DNA of 64,000 nt. Origin: Podarcis vaucheri (taxonomy: Eukaryota). The stretch lies in the NCBI GenBank assembly GCA_965113315.1, contig OZ220364.1; one strand, given 5' to 3'. The notes beneath the pieces were generated by a model that worked only from the letters and a program-made list of their open reading frames with translations, ran no database searches and had not been told where the DNA came from. Of the stretch, positions 1-13,090 are shown in pieces. Each line of letters starts with the position of its first letter. Positions within the stretch are counted from its first letter, which is position 1. Made by a program: the position numbers and the translations under genes.

Positions 1-1389
1 GCTATAATCTGAAAATAGATTTAGTGAGCATGGATGATTTAGCTAAACTAAGCTACAAGTATTTAGAGACAGTTACCCTTCAGTGAATGAGTGGTATATA
101 GAACAGGCTTTGATTTTATTTTTAATAGGTACATATATTAGGAGTGGGTCTTGCAGTACATGAGAAATTTGTACATCCAGAGATGCGCCCTCTACATAAG
201 AAACTAATTGACCAGTTCCAGATGATGCGATCCAGTTTGTACCATGTAAGTAGATAAACACTTTTCTTTGTTTGTTTGTTTTTTCTTTTTTTACAGTTCA
301 CAGCAGTATTTTGAATTCTTCCATTATGGCATAGACATGTGAACTGGAAAATGAATTCTTCAGCAAAGATAAATTAGATATCCAGAAAAATATCAGGAAA
401 TGAACATCTGGATTTTTCATTTGTCTAGTCATTGCTCATATCATTCGAAGCACATATGATCTTTTAAAATGGGTACAAAAAACTACACATTGCTTGAAAT
501 GTTATGATTAGGGATCTTTTAATCTGAGGGTGCAATTTGAACATAAAGCCTCAAGGAAAATTTGCTTGAAGAAGGTTATTTTAAATTGGAAATTGCCACA
601 AGGGGAAAGGATAAAAGCCCCTCTTCCCCTGTACTAGTTTTTCATCTTCAAATTGCAATCACAGCAACTGTATTTTGGGGTTTTTTACTCCCTGAAAAGA
701 AAAACAGCACAGTACATAATGTATAGTTCTGCCTTCAGTTGCTTGCTTAAAATAGGATATAAATAAATGTGTGCTTTTAAGCATTACTTAAGGGCAGAGT
801 ACACAGTAAGAGAAGTAAATAATGTAGTGTTAGAAATCCATTTTGTATAAAAGCCTACATCAAAGCTAGACATGTGTACTTCACATCTTTCTGATTTGGG
901 AACCATTACCAACTAAATCTTTTGCATGTTATTGTCTGTATATTGATGGTTCATTATTAATGATGACAAAATTATTAGCAATAATGATACATAGAAAAAG
1001 TCTCATCGATTGCATTTGCTAAGATATGAGTGAGGCTTATGGCATACAACTCCTTTCCTCCTCCCTTTGCACAAGCCAGCAACAGATCAGAAAAATCTTC
1101 AGTTAACTATCATTTCCCATTTCGTCCAGAGTGGAACCAACCAGGATATTAAGCCATGGGCTACACTTGCACATTATGCTAAATTGTTGCTTAGTAGTAC
1201 TATGTGTTTGAGCAGGAAGGAACCTGAGTGAAGCCTCAGAATTTTACAGAATGTCAGCTTTCACAGAACAGTGGTTTAAAACAAATTTCTGGCCACCTTC
1301 TAAGCAAGCGTACTTCATACCAGGGATTATGAAGCTGCTTTGTAACTAATCAGAGTTTGTTTTAAACCACAGTCTCTGGTTCGTACATA

Positions 1390-1710
1390 CCGTATTTTTC
1401 CATCTATAAGACGCCCCCATGTATAAGGACACTCCCCTATTTTGGGAGACTCAATTTTAAGAAAATGAGGGGAGATGGCCCAAAGTTGTTGAGCCTTTCC
1501 CCCATGCAGCTGCATGCGGGAAACACTCGCTAGATCATTTCCCGCTCGCTGCTGCATCGGGGGAAGTTGTGCTCCCGCCAACCAGCTGGCTAGCAGGCAC
1601 GCCACTTCTCCCCACCCCACCATGCCACTATCCGTGTGTATTGGATGACTCCAGTTTTTTGACACGGTTTTTGAGTCAAAAAACCTCATCTAATACACGG
1701 GAAAATACGG
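1390..1710. mobile_element. Non-autonomous Tc1/mariner (Tc2/pogo-type) MITE
   Basis: TA|CCGTATTTT...AAAATACGG|TA inverted termini with TA duplication. Confidence 0.8.
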
Positions 1711-1913
1711 TAATACCAGGCCAGGATTCTGTGATATTGAAAGCAGATGCTGGTTGTATAGGGACAGACAACAAGAAGGGTAACAGGTAACGTTCTAGCT
1801 CATGTAGATAGTACTAGCTATGGTTTATGAAAGGGCTGTGTGAAGGACCATAAGGCACAATCCTATTAGCTTATTATTAAGGCAACATATGACCATCTGA
1901 ATGTACTTTACAG

Positions 1914-2035
1914 GAGTTGCCTGCTTTGGATAAACTGAGTCCAGCCTGCTCAGGAGCGAGCACACCACGCAGCAATATGCTTGTATCACATAGTCCAATG
2001 AGTCCAGAGAGTATCAAACTGGTGCATCGCCACAG
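1914..2035 (+). CDS. DOCK3: DOCK3 coding exon (ELPALDKLSPACSGASTPRSNMLVSHSPMSPESIKLVHRHS), region C-terminal to DHR2
   Basis: tttacag acceptor and AG|gtatt donor; 122 nt, phase 0 to 2; resembles recalled human DOCK3 EFPGLDKLSPACSGTSTPRGN; upstream exons lie outside the window. Confidence 0.93.
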
Positions 2036-2068
2036 GTATTTATCTATCTAAGAAAGGTCTTTCTATAC

Positions 2069-2191
2069 TAAGGTTACCAGATTTTTTTCAATGAATCCGG
2101 GAACACTTTTCAACTTCAATGAATTTTGTATGGGGACTGATTTGTGTATCTGGAGACTGTCCCCGGGAAATGTGGACGTCTGGTAAGCTTA
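2069..2191. mobile_element. Short hAT MITE (Blackjack-like termini)
   Basis: TAAGGTTACCAGA...TCTGGTAAGCTTA termini; 8-bp TSD TTCTATAC at 2061-2068 and 2192-2199. Confidence 0.82.
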
Positions 2192-3602
2192 TTCTATACC
2201 AGTCTTTTCAACTGATGTCTAAAGCATAGTAGCTCATGTAGCTACTGTGTATAGATTCTGGGAGGTGCTTTAGGTCTACTCAAAGTTATAGGAATAAATA
2301 AAACCCACTTTTATATTAACTTATCTGGGCAATGAATCATTTGTGAAAGGGTGATCATTCTTTGTTGGTCTTTAATACGCTTTAGCAGCTAATATGTAAA
2401 GGACTTGAAACAACTTCAAAATTCAGGGGATGCCTACCTAAGAGAAACATGGAAGTATGAAAACAAGCTAAAATCCACTCAGTTGAAATTGTGTGGTGGA
2501 AATGTTTTTCGTTCTTCAAGCAATTTTAATTTCTAAACCTTAAGTATTGTGGTGGAAATGATTTTATGAGAATGGTTATAAAAGGCTCCATTCTTTGCTG
2601 CTTCAGCTGTTAAAATTTGCTAACCTTTCTCCTGCTTCTTTGCCACCAATTTTTCATTTAATAAAAGGTTGCAATATCCAGTATTAGCTGATACAGAAAC
2701 TGCTAATGGCGGTAGTGTTATCTGAAAAAGTATTTTTAAAACCATCAAAATTTGGTTGCAGACTTGTTTTACAGTTTTATCAGTTGCCTCTTCATCCTGC
2801 CCAAAGCAGGGGTCCTGGAAATGTGGCTGTAGCCATGGAATTCATAGTAAGATACTGTTATGGCATCATTTTGTATCAAATGTATTTTTAATGCAGATAC
2901 AAAACTATGCATTAAAAAACATACAATATAAATAGTGGTTGATGAACACTTGACTATCCCTCAAAATGCAGATGATTTCCCCAAATATTTACAAATCCAA
3001 AACAGCAGAATTTGTGTGGGTCAGAGAGCTCACTAGTTCCATGTGCATCTTAAATTGATGCAACTATGAAAAAGTATGACAATTGGACATTAAATTATAC
3101 ATTAGTGCTTACTGAGTTTGTATACGTTTACTGTCTTCTTTATTTATTTTAGGTGATTGTCGTTTTTCTTCTCTGCTGTTGAAAGCTATTTCGAACAAAT
3201 GGTAGAAAAGCAGGATATAAATATTTTACAGAAATAAATATTTGAATAGATAGAAGAGACACAGGAACAACCACTTAGGTCAACGTGAATTTATGATTTG
3301 ACTTCTGGCACTAAAAAAATAAGTGGTTTCTCTGATATGTTCTAACATTTCTTGACAAATGGCTAACTTGCTCTGCGGCTGGGCAAAATGTGAAAGTCCT
3401 TGTTTAATATAATGATGAGCCTTATCTAACTTAAAATGTACAGATACAGAAAGGCTTGTCTGTGCACGTTACATCAATATGTTTTGAGGTACCGAAACAG
3501 TAGCTTCCAGTGAACGAGATGCAATTACTCTGCGTTTTTTAAATAAGTATTTCTGATTAAAACAAAATATTATTTTATCTTACTGTTCTCTGTTCTCCGT
3601 AG

Positions 3603-3738
3603 CCCATTGAATATGCTGGGCACAGTCCGACACTCGTCATCTTCTCTTTCTTCCCATACATCAAGTGAAACAGGGAATCTGGTTATTCTAACAGACAGTT
3701 CTGTCGGAGAAACAACAGAGGATATGTACCACATGCAG
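3603..3738 (+). CDS. DOCK3: DOCK3 coding exon (PLNMLGTVRHSSSSLSSHTSSETGNLVILTDSSVGETTEDMYHMQ)
   Basis: Polypyrimidine tract and ccgtag acceptor, CAG|gtacga donor; 136 nt, phase 2 to 0, joins the previous exon in frame. Confidence 0.93.
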
Positions 3739-3798
3739 GTACGACTGTAACTCATCAGGAATATGCAGTGTTAAAGATAATTTTAGGATGCATTTAAG

Positions 3799-4111
3799 CA
3801 GGGCCGTCTTAAGCATATGCGGTGCCGGGATGCAAAGGCCCGCCTGGTGTCCCCCCCCCTCCCCGGTTGCCTAGTCCCAGGCATGCAGGAGGGCAGAGCC
3901 AGCCAGTCACCTCAGTGTCTCACTGGCTCAGTCGCCTCCGAACTCGCAGCGCAGAGCTGCCCGCAGCAGAAGAGCCCTCCGTGGTGCTCCGACCGACGGG
4001 CGGGCTCTTCCCCAGACACAACTCTCAGGCCCCGGACTCTTGGCCTGGCGCTCCTGAGAGCCCGGCGCTGGGTGCCCCATACTCCTAGCGCCTATGGGTA
4101 AGACGGCCCTG
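3799..4111. mobile_element. GC-rich hAT MITE
   Basis: Perfect 13-bp TIR CAGGGCCGTCTTA; 8-bp TSD CATTTAAG at 3791-3798 and 4112-4119. Confidence 0.88.
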
Positions 4112-4179
4112 CATTTAAGATCTCGGTCAATACTGGGATCTACTCAGTACCTGTAGACATTGCTAGAATAATATAGTGC

Positions 4180-4370
4180 CTTACAGACTGAGGAAATCAA
4201 ATCTTACCTCTGTCATGAACGCACTTGCTGGCTTTAGGCAAGTCACCCTCTCTCAGCCTTCCTCCCACATCTACAACATGAGAATAATAACAACACTCAT
4301 TTCCTTACAAGGTTGGTATGAAAATAATATGAAACACCTGACACACTCAGAAATACTTCAAAATGCTAGG
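4180..4370 (+). mobile_element. Old MIR/CORE-like SINE remnant
   Basis: ggcaagtcac..ctctcagcct..catct..aacatgagaataataaca..ccttacaaggttg pattern. Confidence 0.5.
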
Positions 4371-4541
4371 TATTTTATTATTGAATTATATTTAAGTTTA
4401 CTTAGACAATTTTTAATGTTAGCTGGGTGAAAACCCCATTATACTAGTGAGAGCACTTGCACTGGCTTCCACTGGGTGGGATGTGTTGGTTGAATCCTGC
4501 CCTAAGAATCTAATCACAAATATCTGTTTTTTCTTTCCTAG

Positions 4542-4623
4542 GCCAGTCCTTCCACCTCAAGCCTGAGCTCTACCCATTCCGCACCATCCCAGATGATTAA
4601 CTCTGCACCTCCTAGCGCACGGG
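4542..4623 (+). CDS. DOCK3: DOCK3 coding exon (ASPSTSSLSSTHSAPSQMINSAPPSARG)
   Basis: ttctttcctag acceptor, G|gtaaga donor; 82 nt, phase 0 to 1. Confidence 0.93.
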
Positions 4624-5465
4624 GTAAGAAGGAGCCACTTAGATAGAAACATGCAAGGTTCTACAAATTGCTATGATGTTTGCCCTTTAAAATTCTAGAT
4701 TGTACATTGAATTGCTTCCTTGCTTAAAATAAGCGATAGCTTCATTATTGCAACAATGAATTATTCAAGACTGTCTTCTACAATGTCCCAATTAAGTGTG
4801 TCATCTTTTCAGAACAGTTTGGTATACTTTCTCTCTGGTATAAAATTTATTTTAAGACAATTTAACTGTGTGTTTCCAATGGGCTCCCCAAGAATTGAAC
4901 CCATTCACTTAAATCCATTCTGCTGCTTGTACGAGTTGTTTCAATTATAAAGCAAACAGTGTGAAAAACAACACTGAAAAAAGCAACCACATGAGGACAA
5001 AGGTAGATACCAGGCAGGTCTCAAAGGAAAAGAAATCAGGATGAAAAAACATAGCATATAAAATCTTACTTGGAACAAGGTGTACTAAATTTGCCTTCTT
5101 TGCCTGAGTTACAAATGAAGAAAGGGAGAGAAAAAATGTTTGAAATAGCTTTCACTCCCTAGTATTTCCTTTTTCTAAAAGACACTATGCAAAGTTGGTT
5201 GTTTCTTCTCTTCACAAGTCACAGGAACTCTCCGAACCCCCAGCTGTGGCCTCTCTAGAACTGGGTACCAAATTATTGCTTAGAGACTCTCAAACCAAAT
5301 TGCACTGCTGTGTATGCTGCAGAACAACAGAACTTCCCTATCCACTTATTTTTGGTGAACCCATTTCTGTAGAATATACTTGGCAGTAGTGTTACAATGG
5401 AAGAACCAATATCTCAGTAGTAGAAGACATACTTTTTTGTGCAAAAGGTTGTTTTTAACACTTGA

Positions 5466-5562
5466 CTGGAAGCTGCTCAGAGTGGCTGGGGAAGTTCAGC
5501 CAGATGGGCGGCGTATAAATAAATTATTATTATTATTATTATTATTAATTATCATCATCATC
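5466..5562 (+). repeat. 3' end of a retroposon with an (ATT)n/(ATC)n tail
   Basis: cagccagatgggcggcgtataaataa followed by about 8 ATT units. Confidence 0.55.
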
Positions 5563-7394
5563 TCTGGTAGGGAGAGGGGAGAAGGGGACTCAGTGTGGAA
5601 CACATGTTTTACATGCTGAAGGTGCAAGATTAAATCCATGACTTCTCCAATTAAAAATTATTCTCAAGATGTAGGGCTGGAAAATATTGTCTGCCAGAGG
5701 CCCTGGAAAGTTAGTCAATCAGAATAGACTACACTGGGCTAGATAGATGGGTGATACGACTCAGCATACTGCAGCTTTATATACAGCAAAAAAGATGGTG
5801 CAGAGACAGCTGGGGAGCTTCATATGTTCATTGAAGTCTTTTTCATTATTGTATCTGTTGCACTAAGCTGAAGAGCATAGTACTGTATATAAGTACAAAT
5901 ATTTTTCTAATTACCAAAGTTGGCGGGAAAACAGTTGTGATCAAAGCTGAATAAAGAAGGTAAAGGTGGTGACCATTGTCAGGAAAATGGTTATGTGATT
6001 GTACTGCTTTAGGGTCAACTGTGTCTGCTAATTGTATCTCTATGAAGTATGCACTTTGGGGAGTGCATCATTTCACAGTACTCATAGTATCTGTGATACT
6101 GTGGATATCCAGCTTTCTGAGCTGCCATTTGACTTCTCAACAGCATTTCCTGCATCTAGACTCTCTACCAGTGCTTAGAGATAAATGAGGTGATGTATGT
6201 TAAAGGACAACCAATTAATAAGTAAACATCATTTCCTGTTAGCAAATATATATTTGAACAAGCACTGTCATATCTACATGTGATTTCTGGTTTTGACTGT
6301 TTCTGATCATTTTGGAAAACTTCATTTATTCTTGGACAGATTTCTTAAACTAATTGAATTAATTTTCTTAAATTAATGGAGAAGTTTTTGGAATTCCATG
6401 AATCGCACACTAGAAAAGGAAAGCCCCAAATCTTCTTGTGAATTATTGATTTAATTGTTGTGAAACTTCCAACGGGGATGAAATTGTTTTTGCAGAAAAT
6501 AAGCCTGGTGGTATTGAAAATAACATGGGATTTATTTATTTGCGTACATTTCCCCCCCATTTTAATAAGTTTTATTCTATGGAAATGAGAGATTGACAAG
6601 CATTGGCGCTAAAGCAAGCTGCAGTGCAAAATTCACATGCCTGGCTCTGCCAATATGCTTCAATCCTTTTTTATGTTTATTTATATTCTTTTTAATTTAG
6701 TGCTGATGAAAGGTGCTGGATTGACAACACTGGAGGCTGAAGCCCTCTATTTATCCACAGAACAGATACAGCACGGGCGGCAGCAGTGCAGGCTTCCCCA
6801 CACTGCCCCCACCAATGTGCCTCATCTCTGTCCTGGAGGAACCACCTCTAGAGGTGAGAGGATAGATTGGTCTCCATGACCCATACAGCCCTTGGCCTTT
6901 CTGTTCAGATTGCCAACAGAGTTACCAGCTTGTAGTGGCAAACTTAGACACCCTTCAGCCAGGAAGTGCACCAAGTTCATCATTGTGTTTCACTGCAGCT
7001 ATTTGGCAGTGGTAGGTTCCACACCAATGTGAGGAGTTGTACTGGAACCTCGATTTACTGAATGATGACTAACTTGCACTCTTCAGGGTTCAAAGCTTGT
7101 CTTAGAAATGAAAAAAGAGTTGCCCAAACTTTTTAGCAGCTTTGATTTCAGTCAATAGTCTGATTTCCAGCTAAACCTCCTATATTCTTATCCATGAGCT
7201 GAGATCTAACTTAACTGAGATGCAGCTACAATTTGAATATCTAGTAAGCCTCCCATTCATATGGCTCTGATTTTTGTTTTGTTTTTATAGATAAACTATT
7301 GGATAATATAGCAAAGCTTGTTTTGTTCACAATGAACATTAAAACTCAAATATAGTTAACACAAAAAGTAAATATAATCAGCTGAAATGTCTCA

Positions 7395-7594
7395 NNNNNN
7401 NNNNNNNNNNNNNNNNNNNNNNNNNNNNNNNNNNNNNNNNNNNNNNNNNNNNNNNNNNNNNNNNNNNNNNNNNNNNNNNNNNNNNNNNNNNNNNNNNNNN
7501 NNNNNNNNNNNNNNNNNNNNNNNNNNNNNNNNNNNNNNNNNNNNNNNNNNNNNNNNNNNNNNNNNNNNNNNNNNNNNNNNNNNNNNNNNNNNNN
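7395..7594. other. Assembly gap (200 N)
   Basis: Run of N; the round length suggests a placeholder size. Confidence 1.
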
Positions 7595-8073
7595 GGACAC
7601 TGAAGTTCAATTTTGAGTGGTAATCCCGCAACAGATCTTGCTCTTGCGAAAGGTTTCAGGTTATTCTCCTGCAAGACTTTTGAGAAGAACTGTGATTGCA
7701 CAGCTGCATCACTCAAAGCCTTCTCTTAATGAATGAAAACGCAGTGGATTGTATCCAGTGCTGTCCTTACATTTACAGAAAGCTATTTGATCCAGTGGTA
7801 ATTCCCAAGAACATAAGGGAGGGAGGGGATTTTTTTTCTCATTTCCTCTTCTGCTCCCAGTGCTCCCTTCCAGTCTGCTCTAGGGGCTTAGGGTACACAC
7901 TTGAACAGTGTGGGACATGATATGGGGGCTGTAAGGGAAAGGGGACATTTGGGAGAATCACCTCCCTCCCCCATTCTATGCATGGAAGTCTTTGAGGGAT
8001 CAATAGCCTTTTGTGAATAGAAGGACACCACTGGATGCAACTCACAGACAGGCTAGTATCCTTTTTAGCACAT

Positions 8074-8117
8074 CTATGGTTAGGGAGGAGTAGACTATGG
8101 TTAGGGAGGAGTAGACT
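8074..8117. repeat. 21-bp tandem duplication
   Basis: ctatggttagggaggagtaga present twice. Confidence 0.9.
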
Positions 8118-10099
8118 CTCCTCAGTGGAGAGACCATATACTTCCAGTTACTATATTTTGAGGGACAAACAAGGGAAGGCTCTTGTTCTTCTGTCCTCCT
8201 TTTGGTCTTTTTAGGGACTCTGATTGACCACTGGTGCAGGGAAATGGTGAGTTTTTGGCATTTGAGTACCAAGACATTTGAGTACCAAGGTACCACTGTA
8301 CTTCAAAGGCAGAGCACACCATTCCAAATGTGGGACTGCTGCTCTTTTGCTGCAGGTTTACTGTAAGCATGCCATTTGAAATACACACTTCGGATGTGCA
8401 CATGTATGCCTTGTGAAAGAAGCACTAGACTAATGGGCTTTCAGCAGATCAGTTGCATATTTTGAAGTTGTCCATAAGCACCTGAATGAAACAACAAACA
8501 CAGCCACCACCATGATACCCTACCTGCAGATAGACATATTAACAAACAAACAAAAAAGAGTGGATGTATGACTTTTTGTCTACCAAGATGCTATTCCGAC
8601 AAGCTTGGCTGAAGAGGTAGAATTTCCAAAGATCTGACAGTTACAAATAAGTAACGTGCATTTTTCACGATTTTCTTTAACTTTTAAAAGGAGCTTTTGA
8701 CAAATACTGCCCTCTGTTGATGACTTGAAGTGACATAATTAATAGAAAAGCTTTCAGGAAACAACTGTTGTCAACCATGTTAGATGAGCAGCAAAGGTAT
8801 TGTTTTCATGTGTTTTTCCAATTTGATGATACCCAACAGCTTCATCTGTACTTCTAGGATATATTGAGGAATATATTTTAAAAGGGGGAAATCAGCAGTG
8901 TGCTTTGTGCCATAATACATTTACTGGTGCTCCTAAAAGATCAGTATTTTATATTTCTTGATGCAGAAATAGGACTATCTGTGATATGTATGTGAGTAAA
9001 AGAGACAGTATAAAACATTAATGCTTATCTAAATGAACATTGTGAATGATAGGATGGTCAGATTATTTGTGTTCTGTGTTTGTAGTGAAAACATTTAATC
9101 ATACAGTGGAGTTTGAATTTCTTTGAGCTTAATAACTTGAGGGAAACTCTAGAAAGTGTGAAGGTTTCTCCTGTACTGCTAACCATATTGTTTCTTCCTT
9201 TTGTGCTAAATCTCAGTGTATGACCTGCATGCCATGCTTCTGTTCATGTGAAATCTGTACCGACTGGAAATAACACTTGTGTTTAATATTATTTGTGTGT
9301 GGTCAGATATTATTCATGTGGTCATAGAAAGTTTGCAGAGGGGACCATGTCAACCCCAGTAGCAGGCACAGCTGCAAAATATGTTGTTTGCATTTGTCCT
9401 CGAAGTACATGCTTGTGGCACAGATATGCCACAAATTAAGATCCATATTAGCAGCTTCAGTTTGTGCATCAGATTCTGCACATTAATGCATCCAGTAGGG
9501 GAGATAGTTTCCATTGTTATCATTACCTTAGGCAGCTGTGCATTTCAACCAGTACCATAACGAGTAGGATTTCCCCCATCAAAGATCATAATGCACTGAT
9601 ACACTATGCAGTGCCCAAACAAACATTCATCAAAATGGCAATATATGTCAATAGGAATCAAAACCCTTATGGGATAGAGATATCTTGAGAAGCTCTGCGT
9701 TTCTCATATTCTTATACTAAGCTTAACTGCTTGTTAATTGCACAGTTTGTGGAAGCACACTTCTTATGTTCTTACACCAGCAGTTGTTGCCTTTCCACAT
9801 AAGAATGGATCTACCAAAGGCAGTTTTATTTTGGTAACATGGGGCTTTCAGAATGCATTCATTGACCTGCTAAGCGGTATGCTACAGACCCAGCAGCTTG
9901 TCTGTCTTGCTGTTTTTGTTATGCACTGAGCACTAGAGCAGTGGTTCCTGTGTGCCAGTTAAGCTCATTTCCATTGTACGCTAAAATGTTATGTTTCATA
10001 GTTGTGATTCATACATCTTAGGAAGACTAGGTGACTGGGCCAAAGAGCATCTCTGTTGTGTTTTGTCATGTGTACGTGATTGTTCTCACTTGTTTACAG

Positions 10100-10218
10100 G
10101 CTCTCCCTCTCTACCAGATAAGTATCGTCATAATCGGGAGCTGATGATGTTATTACCAATGCACCGAGACCGACCTAGCAGTGCCATGTACCCTGCAGCT
10201 ATCATGGAAAATGGACAG
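10100..10218 (+). CDS. DOCK3: DOCK3 coding exon (GSPSLPDKYRHNRELMMLLPMHRDRPSSAMYPAAIMENGQ)
   Basis: tttacag acceptor, CAG|gtaacg donor; 119 nt, phase 1 to 0; inside ORF 9991..10392. Confidence 0.95.
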
Positions 10219-11205
10219 GTAACGATTTCAGAATTGCTATTTTTTCTGAATGTGCCAGGACATGAAATTAGCAAACAGATCCATTTTCTGGACAAGAAAG
10301 GACAAGTGTTTTGGAAATGGGAACTAACGGGAAGGAGGAACTTGCAGTTGACCTTCCTTGGCAGGATAACTGTCCCCAGTCAGCTCCTTTAAGGCTGTTG
10401 TTCAGCTACCAGGCAATGCTGTAATTTACCACATTTGGCCCACCTTTCCCCTTCAGAAAAAGAGAGCGGGGGGGAAGAAAGGGGTTCTGAATCCCATAGC
10501 TAGGATTCATGTGGGTGAGGTGAATCAGGAAGGGGGATGGCTTTAGTGATTCCTGGCCAAGGGAGTAGCAGAGCAGCCACCTGGTGGACATTTCAAACAG
10601 CAGGCCTCAGCACACAGGGCTGGCAAGGCTGGGATTGCCCTAGTCATAATGCACTAAAAATCCCAGGCAAAACTTATTGGCAATAGCTGAGGGCAGACAG
10701 GCCCATCCTTTGACCAGCACCTGTATCATTGTACCTGTCAGCTTCCTGAGCAAATTCAGTAAAAGAAATTGCAGCTTCTGCACCCTGAGCATGTGCTCCT
10801 CTCAGGGAGATCTGTAGAGCAGCCACTTTGGGGGGTTGGGGGGGTTGGAGGGTGTTCCTGCTCATTCCAGTCCAGTTTCAGACTTGGGAGGTCCTTCCAG
10901 CAGAGGAAGCCAACCCCTTTCTCTTATTGGTGGAAAGGGCTTAACTGGAAAGTTCCCCAATGCCCTCCTTACTCTCCCTAGAGCATGATATTTATGGTAA
11001 AAAATTATTCTTACCAGGCTATTCTGCCTTCGTTCAGATTATTATTATATAGTCATAATAACATAGGCACAGAGATTGCTCTTGTAACATAAAACAAATG
11101 TAAACAATCAGATATCTTGTGAATCTTATTGGAGATATCAAACGGCATAGTTAAAAACTGTTGTTTTAAAAAGTGCAAGTATTTGTTGCCTTTCTTCTCT
11201 CTTAG

Positions 11206-11293
11206 CACCCAAACTTCCAGCGAGCCTTGCTCCAACAAGTGATTGGACCGTGCAAACCCTGCAGTGATCCCAACCTTTCTGTTGCTGAAAAAG
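11206..11293 (+). CDS. DOCK3: DOCK3 coding exon (HPNFQRALLQQVIGPCKPCSDPNLSVAEK)
   Basis: ttcttctctcttag acceptor, AAG|gtattc donor; 88 nt, phase 0 to 1. Confidence 0.95.
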
Positions 11294-11444
11294 GTATTCC
11301 TTGCCCTATTTTATATTATTTACTTATGACACTTATTTCAGGCATTGTTTTTTGCTGCTTTGCTGGATCCAGAATCTACAGCTATCGCTGAATGCTGTAG
11401 CATAGTTGCTGCCATGAGCAAGACTCTGCTCAGAGATCTGCATT

Positions 11445-11710
11445 AGTGGGTGAAGTTCAAGGTGTTAGTATCGGCCTATAAAGCCCTAACCAGTTGGAGC
11501 CAGTTTATTTACAGGATCTCCTTACTTCATATGTGCCCACTTGACCTCTCTTGACCCACTTGCAGAACTTGTAAGAAATTGTTCTTTTAGCGCAGCAGGA
11601 CCTAAACTTTTGCACTCCCTGCCAATTTACATCAGGTTGAGTGGTGTCTTAGCTGTGTTCTTTCTGATGCCTGCTTAAAACATTTTTGTTTAGGCAAACC
11701 TATCCAGATG
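11445..11710 (+). mobile_element. L2-clade LINE 3' fragment
   Basis: Translates to FKVLVSAYKALTSWSQFIYRI, like the L2 ORF2 C-terminal FKVLxLxYKAL motif, followed by a T-rich tail. Confidence 0.6.
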
Positions 11711-11996
11711 TACATACATTGAATAAATTGTTTTCTGTTTGTTTTTTTTAGTTTGCTGCTAGTTTAAATTCTATAAATTATTTTTAAAATGTTTTAATTA
11801 CTTGTTTTTAACTACTTTGCTGATGCTTTTAATATTTCTTGTCAGCCCTTAGAGGTTTTGTTGCAATCAAGCAGTATATAATTTTTTGCTAAATGCTATT
11901 AATTAATTTTATTTTTTCATTTTATGTTCATTCAAAGTGTTATCACTTATCTCTTAAAACCATGTGTATTTAGAACAAGCAGTTAATCACACAGCA

Positions 11997-12087
11997 ACTG
12001 CCCAATCCATGTATACTCCTAGCAGAATATATACATTTGTGACTGCCCAATCCATGTATACTCCTAGCAGAATATATACATTTGTGA
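11997..12087. repeat. Perfect 45-bp tandem duplication
   Basis: actgcccaatccatgtatactcctagcagaatatatacatttgtg present twice. Confidence 0.95.
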
Positions 12088-12193
12088 GTCATGTTTCAAA
12101 TATGACAATCTCCTTCCTGCATAGAGATTATCTACATAAAGGGGAAACTTCAGTTATGAGGGAGCGCTTTGGAAAGATCAGTAATCCATAGGC

Positions 12194-12604
12194 CAGGGGT
12201 GGCCGACTCTCAAGAGACTGCGATCTACTTTCAGAATTAAAAACTGGCAGTGATCTGGGTCAGCTCTAAGTTGTTGAACTTTTTTTAGGTAGGAGAAAGG
12301 CCCCATTTTTTAGGGGTGAAAAAACAGGGTTTTTTGGAGGGAAAAGTTCCATTTTTGTGGGGGTTAAAGACAAGGGACAAAGGGTTAAAGTCCCTCACAA
12401 AAAGATCGCTATGGATGAAAACAGCAGCACAGAGAAAGCTCTGTCTTCCCTTCCAGAGATCAAACAATGAAGGGCGGTGCGAGGGGGTAGGGCAGGAGTC
12501 AGTTTTAGGGATTCTAAGGAAAGGGAGCCAGAGATCAACCGCGATCTATCAAAACCTCACGGGGATCTACCAATAGATCACGATCGACCTGTTGGACATC
12601 CCTG
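12194..12604. mobile_element. hAT (Charlie-like) MITE
   Basis: CAGGGGTGGCC...GGACATCCCTG termini; 8-bp TSD CCATAGGC at 12186-12193 and 12605-12612. Confidence 0.85.
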
Positions 12605-13090
12605 CCATAGGCCATTGAAAGGGGAGTTGGTGTATATATCAACTGCACAACATATACAGCTGAAGATGCTTGGAATGCTCTCCCTAACTGGCTGAAAGCA
12701 CATGTTTGGGTAAATCTGGAGACCTGTCACTTTCCCTTTTTAACACTGATTTTTCTTGACAGTAGAGTGACATTGAAGAGCTTTAAGCAAAATCTTTTCA
12801 ATTATAGCTTCTCTGCTGATGAATCTAATCACTGAAGACAAACTCTGCAGCCGATGGTTTGGCCACTACAGGGCAGCAGGGACTTTCAAAGATAGTTTAA
12901 GCATGAGCTAAGCCTTTATTTGGGATAAACCATCCAATATCAGAATTGCACATCAGGTTTTCCAAGCATTTTAGTCTAAAATACGATAGACACAGCAGGG
13001 GGGAGGGTATCGAAATTGCCATCAGTTAAGATATTCCATGTTTTGTTTCCGGTTTTTATGTGTATTCTATACAGGTGGTGACCTTCAGAT

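Noticed and set aside
7346-7716. ORFs spanning the N run, and a possible exon hidden in the gap
   Set aside because: X-filled artefacts; flanking DOCK3 exons join in frame (SARG-SPSLP), so no constitutive exon is needed, though the true gap content is unknown
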